Below are positions 51,545 to 64,000 of a stretch of 64,000 nucleotides of DNA, piece by piece. The stretch is taken from assembly GCA_002189035.1 (NCBI GenBank), contig NEEC01000019.1:496001-560000 (forward strand), written 5' to 3'. A program made the translations under genes and the position numbers. Source of the stretch: Utricularia gibba (lineage: Eukaryota > Plantae > Magnoliophyta). The notes beneath the pieces were generated by a model that saw nothing but the letters and a program-made list of their open reading frames with translations, was not told the origin of the DNA and did no database searches. Every line of letters begins with the position of its first letter. Position 1 is the first letter of the stretch.

Positions 51545-53130
51545 CCAACCATTTTCAATGGAAAAGACCATCATGTTTGGGCTATTTGGATGCAAGCATA
51601 TTTGATGGGTCAATTACTATGGGGAGCTATTAAAGAAGACACTCCTCCAACACCACCCAAAGATCCCACATCAAACCAATTGAAATGGTATGAAGACTCT
51701 CCTTCCAAACATTGTTGCACTTTAAATGTGCTCTTTTTCTTTGTTGATGAGTCAGTGTTCTCTCCTATTATGACCTTTAAATCTGCCAAGCAAGTGTGAA
51801 AAAAGTTGCAAGTTGATTATGAAAGAACATATAGTACCTGAAATATGAGTCTTCTAAATTTCAGAAAAAAGTTTGAGGCTTTGTGTATGAATGAGTCTAA
51901 AAAGGTGAAGCAATATATTGATAGATTAATATTGATTGCAAATCAAATAAGGTTACGTGTGGATATTATTGACAATGCAAATAAAAATTTGATGCTATGA
52001 TCACCTCACTTGAAGCGCTATCTGATTTATTTGATATGACCGTTTTTGACTTTGATAGTGTTACCATAACCCATTGAAGTCAGAGGAGCTCTTTGTGATG
52101 AAGGCTCAATTCAAGTACACAAAAATGTTTTATCTGTTCATCAAAAACAATTTTCTATAGATAGTAACCATTAAAAGGAGAACAATAAACATGAAAAGGG
52201 AAATCATACAAAAAAGAAGGACAAGTTTCCACCATGTCCTCATTATTTTAAAACTAAACATTCTGAATCTTATTACTTTCAAAGACCAATTGCACAAAAA
52301 TTTGGACAAGTATCTAGGATTGTAAAGGTTAAGCCTGAAAAGAAGATAGAGAAAAACACATTAGAATGTATTGCGTTAGTTTCATTTCATGAGGAAATTT
52401 CTACTAAGAATAATGTTTGTTCAGCCTCCAAACAGTTGATTAATTGACAATGGATGTTCACATAATATGACAAATTCTGAGAATGACTTCATTTTTTCTT
52501 GATAAATTTTATATGTCAAGAGTTAGAATTGGAAATGGAAACTATTTTTCTGTAGTTGGTCATGAAACTATGTTATTAATTGGATCTATAACCATTTATG
52601 ATGTACTCTATGTTATGTAGTTATCTTTAAATTTATTGAGTGTACCTCAATTATTTGATAAAGATTACAATGGTTTTTACCAAAAACTTATGTGCAAATT
52701 TGAATAAGGAAAAACAATCATTGGTTAAAATTATTGTAAAAAATTATTGTTTTACATTGAATCCTAATACCTGTTGGGCACATCTTAGTAGCATAGATGA
52801 TGGGTTTTCTCTATGCCATCAGTATCTTGATCATTTGAATTTTTCATATATTCAAATAATAATGAAAAGGTACATTGTTGAAAATTTATCAAAATGTGTG
52901 ACTACTATTGATGTTTGCAAAGTTTGTGAATTTGGAAAAATTTAAAAATTAACTTTTCCTGTGTCGTCATCATTGAGAACTAAAAAAACTGCATTTGATT
53001 TATAGTCATGTTTGTGAACCGTTGACATTTCATCTTTAAGTGAGAAGAAATATTTTGTGATGTTTATCAATGATTTTTTTCGTTATTGTGGAGTATATTT
53101 TTTTGAAACATAAGTCGAAAACAATCAATT
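51545..53130 (+). mobile_element. Degenerate Ty1/Copia gag-protease-integrase fragment
   Basis: FNGKDHHVWAIWMQAYLMGQLLW (gag N-terminus); a decayed zinc knuckle at ~52230; protease LIDNGCSHNMT (~52440); GAG-pre-integrase LCHQYLDHLNF...VCKVCEFGK; integrase start HVCEP...KYFVMFINDFFRY. Many stops and frameshifts. Confidence 0.85.
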
Positions 53131-54080
53131 TTTTTGCTCACTCCTCTATTTGAATTTTAATGCAAAGTAAGAATCTCTACAAAGTAGACACATAAATTTA
53201 CAACTTTCATGTTAAGTACATATTTAAAATCACAATGACAGGAAAACCCTAAATTTAGTCATACAAATCTCCTTTTACTACTCATTCTTATCGTGTATGT
53301 AATATAAATATGTGAAATCACATGATTACATTTGGACACATCTGATTGGCTAGTATTTAAAACATAAATATTTCATAATCTTTTACTTTCTTCACATTAT
53401 GAGCACTAACATCCAAAATTTGAATATAATATGCTACATATCCCTAATAATACGAATATAGTGTAATACCTTCCTCCTAATTTATCAACCCAGTACATTA
53501 ATATTTAGTTAGTATGAAATAGAACAAGTTAAATAACTAAAAAGTAAAGTCTATAAAACTTGAATATTCACACGAATTTGAGAAATTATAATTTTTAAAA
53601 ACATCAATTACTAAAAAATATTCAAATATCTAATAAGTTTCTATAACTTTTCATCTTAGTATTTTTTTAATAAAATTTGATAAATTATTTCTAAAATATT
53701 AATTTGAATATATTTGTTATTAAAAATATAAATAATTAACAAATTCATACAATGGTTACTTACACACAAGTGAGATAGTGATCATTTATCTAAAAGATCA
53801 TGTTCTTAATATCTAGAATTTATACAATCTACTTATGTAATAATTAGAAATGATATTTTTAGCCAATCATAGTAAGATATAAAATAATATTGTAATTGAA
53901 TTATATGAGCAGTGCAACATAGTTTTAAGCATGAGCTGATTCTCAAAAACATTGATCTTAGAATTTTTTCAATCCCTCACATTATCGGAAGAAGCAACTC
54001 TTAGAAATACCTATATGATTTTAGGTCAAGCATACTCTTCATGCCTTGTTCATTATTCATGATAGTGAATCTAGAGGAAT

Positions 54081-56670
54081 TGATAAACTAAAATTTTGAA
54101 TATTGTTGCAATAGAATCAAATTTTTCTATCCAATAAATTTATAAATCTTAATTTTCATAAAATACAAATTAAACACAAGATGTACAGTAGAATTTCAGG
54201 GTTGATCATGGAGCAAGTGGTGGATGTATGTTGTTAGATGCAACATTTCAGAATAAATGTCACTGCTAGTTTAAACTTAAATTAATAGTGGTACGTAGAT
54301 TCAATAAATAAAATTAAATTACAATAAAGAATATAACAAGTACAGATTTTGTGCACAATATGATACTATGATGCCTCAAGGTGATTTTGATGATGTGACT
54401 AAAATTTTCAAGTTAATCTATAAGGTTTCTATAGACACAACTCCAAATGACCTAAGTTTATCAAGGTCATTTCTTATATTTTCGATTAGGATAGCCCCCA
54501 ATGTCATCATTCATTCTACACTTAGATTTATCCATGTGCGAAACATGTAGAACTAGATTTATCCGTTTTTATTGGTTCCACCTAAGATTAATACCTACTA
54601 TTCTCGTCTTGATTCATTGATCTACCTCTAAATAAAACATATGAGATGTAAAATTGTTCATTCTCCCCCCCCCCTCTAGATCTATTTGAGAAATAATAGA
54701 AATGAAAGCTAATCATACTATGATCGATTATCTCATAAACTCTAACCATATCACCTTCACACACCTTAAAGCATCCCTAATCTTAGCTACTCATGTACGA
54801 TAAGGAAAACATGATTTCATAAATGTAAACTAATGAAAACATCATAAACATCGTGAGAAAATCAATCACAGAAACTAAATATCTAAGAAAATCAGTCACA
54901 GAAAGAAAAATAGTTATGTTCTCCATTTGCTACTATTCACAACTCGAAACAGTAGCATTGAACTAGGTTGTTGATGCTGTTTTTTAATTTTTTGTTCCTT
55001 CTTTTGGAAAATTCGCATTCTTCACCCCAGTTGCTCGTTCTGAAGCTTCTTCAACGAGCTATCTTTGTGTTATTTAACGAAGCTCTTTTTTTTTCATTCT
55101 CTCTCCTTTCCAAAAATATGCCATATCCTTTTTTCTTAAACACTGTTCTTGACACTAGTACCATTTTTGGCATGAACCTATAGACTACATGCGGCAAAAT
55201 AGTGCATCCATCCCTCTTTGGATATTGTGCCTTTCTTAACTTAATCTACACCTCTTTCAGTTCATTTTTTGGTGCTAATCCTCCTGCTAGACTGTTAAGT
55301 GTCATTTTCTAGTTATTTATTAGGTATTATTATGTGTTAATTATGCATTAAGTCACCCAATTAAGAATTATATTGATAAGTAATTGATTTTTCTTAGAAA
55401 ATCCTATTTTCCTATTTTGTATATATTTTCTGTCTTTTTTCATGCTCTTTAATCGAGACATGTTAGTAGACTGTCGTGGAGTGTTGCAGGAGTATTATAG
55501 GTTGTCAGAGTCTGACTTTTCATGTCTTGCACGCGACTTGGAACAATTGTGAGCGGAAGACTAACACTGGTCAAAGCCTCTGACTTACGGCATGTCAGAG
55601 TCTGCAGCAATGATTGAGCGCTAGCTTGCACGCAAAGGAAAGCTGCTGGCACACACAAAATAGAAGGAATGATGGGAAGGGGACCCAAAGGAGTTTATGC
55701 ACGTGGGGAGTGATATAAAAGCCACTTGGAGCACTTAGTTTTCAACTTTTGAACTTTTTTCGCACATTAGCTTTGTATTTAGAATTTTTGAGTTCTCTCC
55801 CCCCTCAAGGAGGAAGAACACTTAGTTTCCAATTTCATTTTTGTTTTGATGGCTCTTTGTGGCTAAAACCCTTTAATTTCTAGGAGAAGATGAAATTTCC
55901 TTCCAATTTTTGAGCAATACACTCAGTTCTTCGCTATATTCTTTTTGGATTCTGCATACTTCCACGCATCTTGTTGCAATCATTTTGTAATGACTCCTAG
56001 TCAAGGTTCATGAGTAGCAGGCCACTCCTCGCGGATTTTGGTGAAGATCAAGGTGAAGAGCACCAACTCTAACCCTACCGGTTTGAGGGAAGTAATAGAT
56101 TGTTTGTGGCCTAGGTACCGCGACAGTGGATAGGTTGTGACCTTGGACCTGCCACTTGCCATTGGCAACAGCTGGGCACACGTGCGCAATTTGGTTTTGA
56201 AGGCAATCGAATGCAATCCTCTTGTCTTCCTAATCGTACAAGGGGGAATCACATGAGGCTATTTCCGTGCCTCCTTGTCAATCAGAGTATAAGGAAGAGT
56301 AGGTTATTTCTTACTACTATAACCAGCTATTCAGAAGAAACCAGTGAAAACCAAGGGAAGGATGGACAAAGAAAGGAGACAGAATCTTATTTCCAGGAAC
56401 TACGTCCCATAGTCAAGGCCCATCACTTAGGTTGTAACTTTTATTCTTGTGTCTTAAAAACCCCTTTTTACAAAACCGTGACATTTTGTAGAAGTTTCTG
56501 GTAAAACGCTTTTCACGAAAAACAATTCCTGAGATCGATACTCTCAGACATAAAATACAAAATTAACCTAAACAACACTAAAATATGAAAAATGACATAA
56601 ATATAACCTAAAATCACAACAAAACATCATAATTTTGTATTATAAAATGCTTAGAAAATATGCGTCATTA
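54081..56670 (-). mobile_element. Old Athila family-A solo LTR interrupted by a family-B LTR
   Basis: Termini tgataaac (54081) and tgcgtcatta (56670); collinear with the other family-A copies on both sides of the insert. Flanks GGAAT/GAAAC are only a weak TSD. Confidence 0.7.
55293..56545 (+). mobile_element. Family-B LTR lacking its 3' terminus
   Basis: TGTTAAGTGTC start and TATAAAA at ~55713. Blocks are shared with 61100-61700 (gcaccaactc, ctatttccgtgcct, actccataacc-like), but the terminal GACACGCATCA is absent. Confidence 0.65.
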
Positions 56671-56822
56671 GAAACCCATTATCATCAAAATTTAACAAGT
56701 ATTTGCTAATAAATCTATGAATAGTTCTGAAGAATTTGTGAAAAATATGTCTGTTAAAATCGAGAAATATTTTACACCTCGCAATGATGTAGTTCTGCAC
56801 ATCGCAATTTTTGTGGAATTAC

Positions 56823-57199
56823 TGATAACACATAGTTTTGAATGTTTAAGATTAGAAAATAACTAATATTACGATATAAAATTAAGATTTTATTAATTAT
56901 TTTTGTATTTTCACAATTAGTAGTGTTGTATTAGTCTCAATCTTTATTTTAATCATTCTGCTTTGAGCAATGCAGCACGTTTTCAGCAGTCTAGATCCAA
57001 GGAGCCGAAAGTAAATAGTGGAAGTGTAGAGAAATGGAGAAAAAAGTTTCAATGGGAGACACCAAATCCAGGGTAACAAAATGAAAGATTTTTTGAAAAA
57101 AAAAGAGGGAGGAATTGAGAGAGAAAAAATATATCTCCTTGGTAGAACTTTGAACTCAACATCATATGAAAAAGGACATCTTGGAAAAAATTTATTGCT
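56823..57199 (+). mobile_element. 5' half of a family-C LTR, truncated
   Basis: TGATAACACATAGTTTTG start and gagcaatgcagcac block shared with 26867-28035 and 46475-47037. Confidence 0.6.
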
Positions 57200-57279
57200 T
57201 TACTGCATCTGATGCGTGTCATTTCTATAACAAATTTTAAAGATTTTGAACTCGTAAAACAAAAAATATATAGCATGGA

Positions 57280-60184
57280 TTACTGCATCTGATACATGGC
57301 GGCTAACCTCTCTTCTTGAGTTTTAGCTTGCACCATATTTAATTGCTTGAATTTGTCTTCAATTTCAACTTTTTCAAGTAGAGATTCTTCATGAGCCTCT
57401 TCTTTTTCCTGAATTTTTTTATTCAAGTACACTTCAATGAGTACATCCATCCACAGCACAAATACTCTCAAAATCACTGGGATACTTCTTCACGTCCTTC
57501 ATATCCAGTGTGGTCTTCATCAAAAGAGAGCTCAATGGTTCCCAATTTCACGTTGATAATAGCATTTGAAGTACTCAAAAATGGTCTGCCCAAGATAATT
57601 TTCGTGTCCTTTGATTCTCCAGTGGGCATGTTAACCACTTAAAAATCAGCTGGAAACACAAGATGCTTAATTTTCATCAGAACATCCTCAACAAAATCAT
57701 TGAGAGAGATCACTCTCCTATCTGCTAACTCAATTTGCACACCCGATGCTTGCAAAGATCCTAACTTGAGTACCTCATAAACAAAATTCGACATAACATT
57801 TATAGAAGCTCCCAGGTTTGCCATTACTCTCTTGATGCACAAATCTCCTATTTTACATGGGATAAAAAACGTACCTGTTTCCATACGCTTCTCGAGTAGT
57901 TTCCATGTTAAAAGTGATGAGCAGCTTTCACTCAATTTCACCTTCCCCATTTTTTTCAGCTTTTGTTTAGACATATATAGCTGCTTCAAATATTTGACAC
58001 TCTTCATTACAAGATCAATATACTCCAAGAGGGTTAAATTTAATTGAGTATTTCTCAATGCTTTCAACATTTTTTCCTTCTCAGTTTGCTCCTCCTTCAG
58101 CTTCAACCCTCCTGGAAAAGGAGGCTAGGCTACCTTCAGCGTGACAGGTTCTGGTAGTACTTCAATTTCATCCTCACTTTACACAACAACTTCATACTCC
58201 TCTGTTTCGTTCTCCTTAATCTCATTCTGGACCAGTTCTCGTCTAGGCTTCTCTCTTCCACTTCTAAGTGTCATGGCGCTGATGTTCGGCCCTCTACTAG
58301 AATTTGGGTTTGGCTTGGGTTGAGATGGCAAGCTCACTTTTTGTTTAAAGTCTCCATGCTCTGTTGCCAACTGACTCACTTGAACCTCCAAATTTCGGAT
58401 TGCTTGTTGATTTTCAACTTGATTGCACCATGAATGTCTTCAACATTGCTTCCAATGAATTTTTAAAATTCACTCCAGAATTGCCTTGATTTGAGGCTTG
58501 AAATGGCTGCTGGTTCTGTTAATTTTGCCTTTGAAATGGAGGTGCTTGATAAGATCTTTGCTCTTGAAAATTTTGCTGCCATCATGGTTGAGCTCTCCCC
58601 TTTAGAAGAATTTTCATTGTTGCTCTAACGAAAATTTGGATGATCCCTCCAATCTGGGTTGTAAGTATTTGAATATGAATCATATTTCTTCCTCTGTTGG
58701 GGCTCCAAATATCCCATAGCTTTGGCATGCTCCTCTTCAAATAAATTTGAGCACTTGTCCGCAACATGCCTTGTTATGTGACAGTTCCCGCACGGCATGT
58801 TCTTAGCTTGGAATAAGAATAGCTTCTTCATCATTTCAGACATAGCAGCAACATTTTTTATGAGTTCAGTCTCTGAAACCCTGAGCTTGCTCTCCACTTT
58901 ATACACTCTCTTGTTTGAGGCTTGCTTCTTGATAATATGTCTCGAATGCTCAGCCAACTCCTCCAGCAAGGAAAGAGCTTTGGTTGGTGTCTTTTTTCTT
59001 AAAAATCCTCCCGCCGCCGAATCCACCATGGCTCTATCGGTGCACAACAATCCATCATAGAAGTATTTGACCAAGGCATTGGTTTGAAAACCATGGTGTG
59101 GGCAGGAGCCCAAAAGATGGTAAATCTCTCCCAATATTCGCAATGATTCTCCACTCATTTGTTCAACATCACTAATTTCTTTTCTTATTCCTTCAGCCTT
59201 GAAAGCTGGAAAATATTTGCTCAAAAACACCTTCATTCCAGCTCAATCGGTGATGTTTCCAGGCCTTAGTGAGTTGAACCACATTTTGGCTCCTCCTTCC
59301 AAAGTAAATTGGAAGTCTCTCAAACAAATTGAATCTTCATTCATTCCAGTTCTCTTTAATGAAGTGCATACCGCTGTCACATTATCTATATGCTCATGAG
59401 GGTTTTCTCCAATTTTTCCATAGAATTTGGGCAAAAAATTTATCATCGCCAGTTTCAGCTTGTTTGCTCCATCATCTGGAAATCTGATGCAAAGAACCCT
59501 ATAAGTATGATCAATAGCATCTAATTCATTCAAGGTTTTCTTAGGTTCAGTCATTCTGAAATTGTTGTTGGTCTCAGATGGGAGCAGCTTCAATTTGCTT
59601 GCCTCCCTCATTTTTACCCTGTTCTTTCTTATAGCTCTCTCGATTTTTGAGTACAAAACAAGATTACCCGCACTAAAAGAACGTAAATGCATCAACTAAC
59701 AACACAAAACAGTTAAACACCGCTCCCCGACAACAATGCCTATTTGATAAATGGAAATTTCCTAATTTCGTTGCAAAAATAGAAATTCGTATCAAATAAA
59801 TTTATAAGCCTTAATCTACACAAAATACAAATTTACAAAACTTGTATAGTGGATTTCGGGGTCGAACACAAGGATCTTGTGCTTGCAATGCGTTTTTCGT
59901 GATGCAAAATTCGGGATAACAGTGGTTCTTAGTCTAAGCTTGGACTAAGAACAACGAGTAAATTCAGTAAACAAAATCAGGTCTCAATGCTAAAAGTAAC
60001 AAGTATTGTTTCTAACTCAGAGTAATACAAAGATGCCACAAGGGTCTGCAGATGGTGTGGTGATAAAATACCTAATTTAATTTACCATATTTCTACACTA
60101 ACAACTTCAAATAATTTAAGTCTACCCAGGTCATTCATCATATTTTCGGTTAGGCTAGTCCTCAATATCATCACCAAAATGCAA
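57280..60184 (-). mobile_element. Truncated Athila family-A element: partial 5' LTR (60184-59745), PBS, gag and aspartic protease; no RT/RH/IN
   Basis: The LTR end CATTTATCA is followed by GGCATTGTTGTCGGGGAG (decayed tRNA-Asp PBS TGGCGCCGTTGCCGGGGA). Gag motifs LPKFYG...ENPHEH, FTLEGGAKMWFNSL, CPHHG and YNPDWRDHPNF; protease ANLGASINVM...LADR...DVLMK...FPADF and ILGRPFL. Confidence 0.9.
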
Positions 60185-60459
60185 AGTGAAGTGGGATTTG
60201 GACAAGTTCCCTTGTTATTCTCGTGCGTCGCAGCCTTGCTGTTGTTCCCTTTTGTGTAATTTTGGGTTCACGCTGGTGAAACACAATATTACTCACCATT
60301 TGTCGGCAAATCCCTCCCCCTCACTGACGCGGGTTGAGGAGGACGGGGTACAGGAAACCCACAAATGATACACGAGTTCTATATAGATCGGAGATTTGAA
60401 GCAATTGAGCAGAGGTTGGAGCAACTAATGATAGTGGTTGAAAATTTGACGGTGAGATT

Positions 60460-63000
60460 TAGGTTGTTTTTGTGTCTAAATGTGATTAGAAGTGTCTAAT
60501 TAGGAGTCTATAATATGAGATTTAGGTTTTTATCTAGTTTAGGGTAATTATCCTAAATCTTGTATTTTATCTATTAATTTTACTAGTTTTAATTGAGTTT
60601 TTCTAGAGGCGCATACGTGAAAGGAAGTGAGAGAAAGAGGGCATCAGATGGCGACAAATTGGATCTTCCCGAGCTGACATTCCCTTTCCGGAAGACTGTA
60701 GACGCCTAATCATGAGCCTTGACGTGCAGAACACGGGAGTCTCTAACAGACGGCATCATTAGCGTACCAGTGTCAGACGTTTGCTTGCAAGTCATCCCAA
60801 GTTCAGCAGAATCACAAGGACACGAAATCTCAGACTCTAATTGAAGTCTAGTTTTGTTCAGACGTGAGAGTAGTTAGTTTATTTTTCTCTTTTGTTTTTT
60901 TCTCTCTCTAGAGGATTTTTCCTCTAATTTCTCTCTAGAACCTTGTTTGCATTTCCGTTAGTTTTTATGGCCGTTCGTGGCTAGAAACTTCCATTTCTAG
61001 GTTGGAACACCACCAAATCTATGTTTCGTTAGCTTATCTTCACATTTTCTTTGAATCCGAACGGGTTTCGTATGTTTTCGCGCGACTATGTTGCAGTCTT
61101 TCTGTAACAATCCTCTTATTCAAGGTTCATGGTTAGCTGATCACTACCCGCGGATTTTAGAGAGGAGCAAGGTGGAAAGCACCAACTCGAGCCTTTTTGG
61201 CAGGAGGAAGACAACGTTTTGTCTGTGGCCGTACCTCAGGATCAATGGACAGGTAGTGACCTCGTATCTGAACTCATTGGGTCATTGGCATCACTCGGGC
61301 ACACGCACGCAATTCGGCCGTGAGGGTACGCTGGTAGGACCTCTTATTCTCACATTCATCCAAGGAAGAGCAACATCGGGCTATTTCCGTGCCTTTTTGC
61401 AAGAGAGTGTAAGGGAAGGTAGGCAATTCCTTACTCCTATAACCCAGTACTCAAGAAGACCAGAGAAGAGTGAAAACGTAATGAACATAGCTGGACAGGA
61501 TTCCAAACCCAGGAACATTTACTTTATTTAAGGTTCATCGCTTACGTTTATTTCAGTTGTTTATTCAAACTCCCTCTTATTCCCTTACTCAAGCTTCATC
61601 ACCAATGTTTCTCGCATCTTTTACTTTCAAAACCGTTTACAAATCGTGACAGTTGTATTCGGGGTATCTCACCTTTCACTTAAAAAAAACTCCCTGTGTT
61701 CAACACCCGTACTACGCTTTGGTGTTTTACGTATTTTAAAAGTATTAAAATTTGTTGTGGAAACGACACGCATCATATCTTTGGCGCCTTTTTGTTTTAT
61801 TTTTCCTTTTTCGTTTTTCTTTCTGTTTTTCTTTCTGTTTTTCTTCCCTTTCCTTGTTGTTTCTTTTCCTTGTTTCCGTTTCTGCTCTGTTTTTCTCTTT
61901 TTATGCAGCCAGGTCCACCAAGGGCTCATCCAAGTCTGAGATCTTACCGAGAAGTTCTATATCCTTTGGACCAAGAGGTGGAACGAAACTTTCTTGCCAA
62001 AAAGAGAGAGCAGACGTCTTGTTCAACCACTGGAGACATCATGACAACACATGTACCCGTTTGAGTACCAATAGTGCTTGAGACCCAGGGAGAACAACCT
62101 CATGGAAACTTTCCAGTATTACTTCCCGCTAACCGTGGACTAGCATTACGAACCATCAAGGAGGAAATCACTGCAAATCACTCAGATCGTCTCTTATGCA
62201 TCATCTTTGATGGAGAAGAAGACTATTTTGCAAATCAAGGGAGTGTCATTTCAAGAAGATCTATTTTTTCACCATATGATGTTTCCTTTCTTATATTTTC
62301 TGATACGTGTTCGCCTCTAATAATACTTAAAAAAAATTACACTAAAATATCCAATAATACACATAAATTAAGATAATTGTCTTAATGTAGAAAAACCTAA
62401 AACTTATATTATAAACTCACAATTTGACAATTCTAATTACATTTAGATATGGAAAATGACCTAAAAGGTAGTTATAAAATAGAACTGCCTAAAACTTATA
62501 TTATAAACTTAACAACATATCATTGAACTACCTTAATTTTAGATTAGTCTTAATCTTTCATCGTAAGAAAAATAGAATGCATCAATTTTTGCACAACAAA
62601 CACAAAGCTCCTCGTATTCAATTTCAATCTATTGTGCTCGTATTTGTTGTATAATTGGTTGTGAATTAAACTTATAAATTTTTTTGATAGGAAAATTTGT
62701 ATTTATACAACGACTTGCAAATTTTCGCTTATCAAGTACCAATTATTTTCAGGATATCAATTATGGCAATCATAGTAGTGTTGAGTGATGTTGAAATAGG
62801 GAAGCTGATTTTCAAATTTGAAGAGAAGGAATTGGAGTTCAATGTAGAACATGTCATGAAGAGATTCAATTACGACAAGCTTGCACAAGATCAAGCAAAG
62901 AATGAATTTGTTCAAGTGAATTTGTGGGTAATTTTTCTCCATGAAATTCAACAGATAAATCATGCACATAATGAAAAGGATGACATCTAGGGTGACATAC
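60460..63000 (+). mobile_element. Truncated Athila family-B element: LTR ending at 61775, PBS core TGGCGCC (61782-61788), decayed gag and a post-protease fragment
   Basis: LTR end GACACGCATCA and a T-rich leader. Gag-like LYPLDQEVERNFLAKKRE and RTIKEE...LCIIF; DVEIGKLIFKFEEKELEFNVEHVMK (~62790-62860) resembles the Athila post-protease linker. The left end of the LTR is not located. Confidence 0.7.
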
Positions 63001-64000
63001 CAATGATGGCTCGACTAAGAAATGTCGAGCTAAACACTAAAGTGGAAATTGAACTAAATAAGTCTACATCATCGTTGAAATATGAGTTTTTACAGGATAA
63101 CTGCACTTACCCGTGCGAAACCTTTGAATGTTAATGCTTTGCTAGTAGATCTAATGCAAAGTAAAGTGGACAGAGAGAAAGCAATCGCACTGCGTTTTAG
63201 ACATCTCTGTTGCTATTCAACTGTCCAGAGATACTACGTTAGCAAGGATGAACTTGAAGTGTGGAAAGATTGTCTCCCAATAAATATTCCATTCTTTAAA
63301 AATATATGAATTATTAAAAAAAAAGAGAGATAATTGACCTCTTAATAGAAGAAAGAAGGATACAAGGATTATGCATGTCAATTGAAGGAGAGGTTGTAGC
63401 TGGATATTTTATTGCCACGAGAAACGATTAAAGAACATAATAGGGATGTTATATATTACTTTTATTATGATTGACTTTTACTGTAATAAAATTTATAAGT
63501 CACTTCTAGATAAATAATATTTGATTAATATTTATTAAAAATTAAAAAAATGAAGTTGACATAGTTTAATTTTCTCTACTTTTATAATAAAGACAATATT
63601 ACCCTTCATTATTAAATAATATTGAATATGAATGTTTTTATTTAACAAATACGTACTAAAATAAGTGAATGAATTCAAACAAAACGACTTATTTTAGTGA
63701 TGTTGAAAGCCAGGAGAAGATAATACCCTCATATAAGCACAAGTAATTTTTTGAATTCGAAAATAGTGTATAATAAATATGCTGGTGATTATAAGAATTC
63801 ATTTGGTTCGAAAATGAAAATAAATACTTTTTTCTCCTTTTAAAATCAAATTATAAGTGACTTAAAAGTAGAAAATTAAATTAATTATAAGTATCACACA
63901 AAACACTTATATAAGTTTTATTTTACTTTGATTTAGTTTAATTAACGTTGGAGTAGTGTGTTTGTGTTGAATATGCATGTTTGCTATGAAATCCCGTGTT

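Noticed and set aside
29610-54080. GGAAT flanking both the 29615 element and the 54081 LTR
   Set aside because: The orientations are opposite relative to the LTRs; a 5-mer coincidence gives no evidence of inter-element recombination.
56546-57279. Inversion to explain the displaced family-B LTR tip
   Set aside because: The two halves of the host family-A LTR (54081-55292 and 56550-56670) are still in the same orientation, which an inversion would break.
1-64000. CRISPR arrays, rRNA, tRNA or prokaryotic-type systems
   Set aside because: No repeat-spacer array, cloverleaf or rRNA-like sequence was seen; spliceosomal introns and plant TEs show this is plant nuclear DNA.

Overview
AT-rich eudicot (angiosperm) nuclear DNA with GC-richer exons. 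Eight protein-coding genes can be rebuilt exon by exon: an NPF/PTR transporter (-), an intronless BTB/POZ gene of the At3g09030 type (-), an AUX1/LAX auxin influx carrier (+), PHF5A (-), pyruvate decarboxylase (+), aprataxin/bHLH140-like (-), ferritin (-) and a PYL ABA receptor (+). Intergenic DNA is mostly decayed transposons. These include many Athila-type LTRs (several solo LTRs with matching 5-bp TSDs, one nested three-LTR stack), a ~11.8 kb Mutator-like element carrying both a transposase and a Plant Mobile Domain gene, Copia fragments, and an Athila gag-protease cluster at 54-63 kb. Notable points: (i) three genes (NPF, PHF5A, PYL) each lack exactly one base in a short G/C run, which most likely reflects a systematic assembly error; (ii) this PHF5A has Asp at a Cys I recall as an invariant zinc ligand (C26); (iii) introns are very short (one is 60 nt), with two well-supported GC-AG introns in aprataxin, a doubtful donor in PDC, and three in-frame stop-free introns; (iv) an unexplained GC-rich island lies at 9.75-10.02 kb. 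No tRNA, rRNA or CRISPR features are supported. I did not find a clearly new biological system. All alignments were done by eye, and family assignments rest on recalled motifs.
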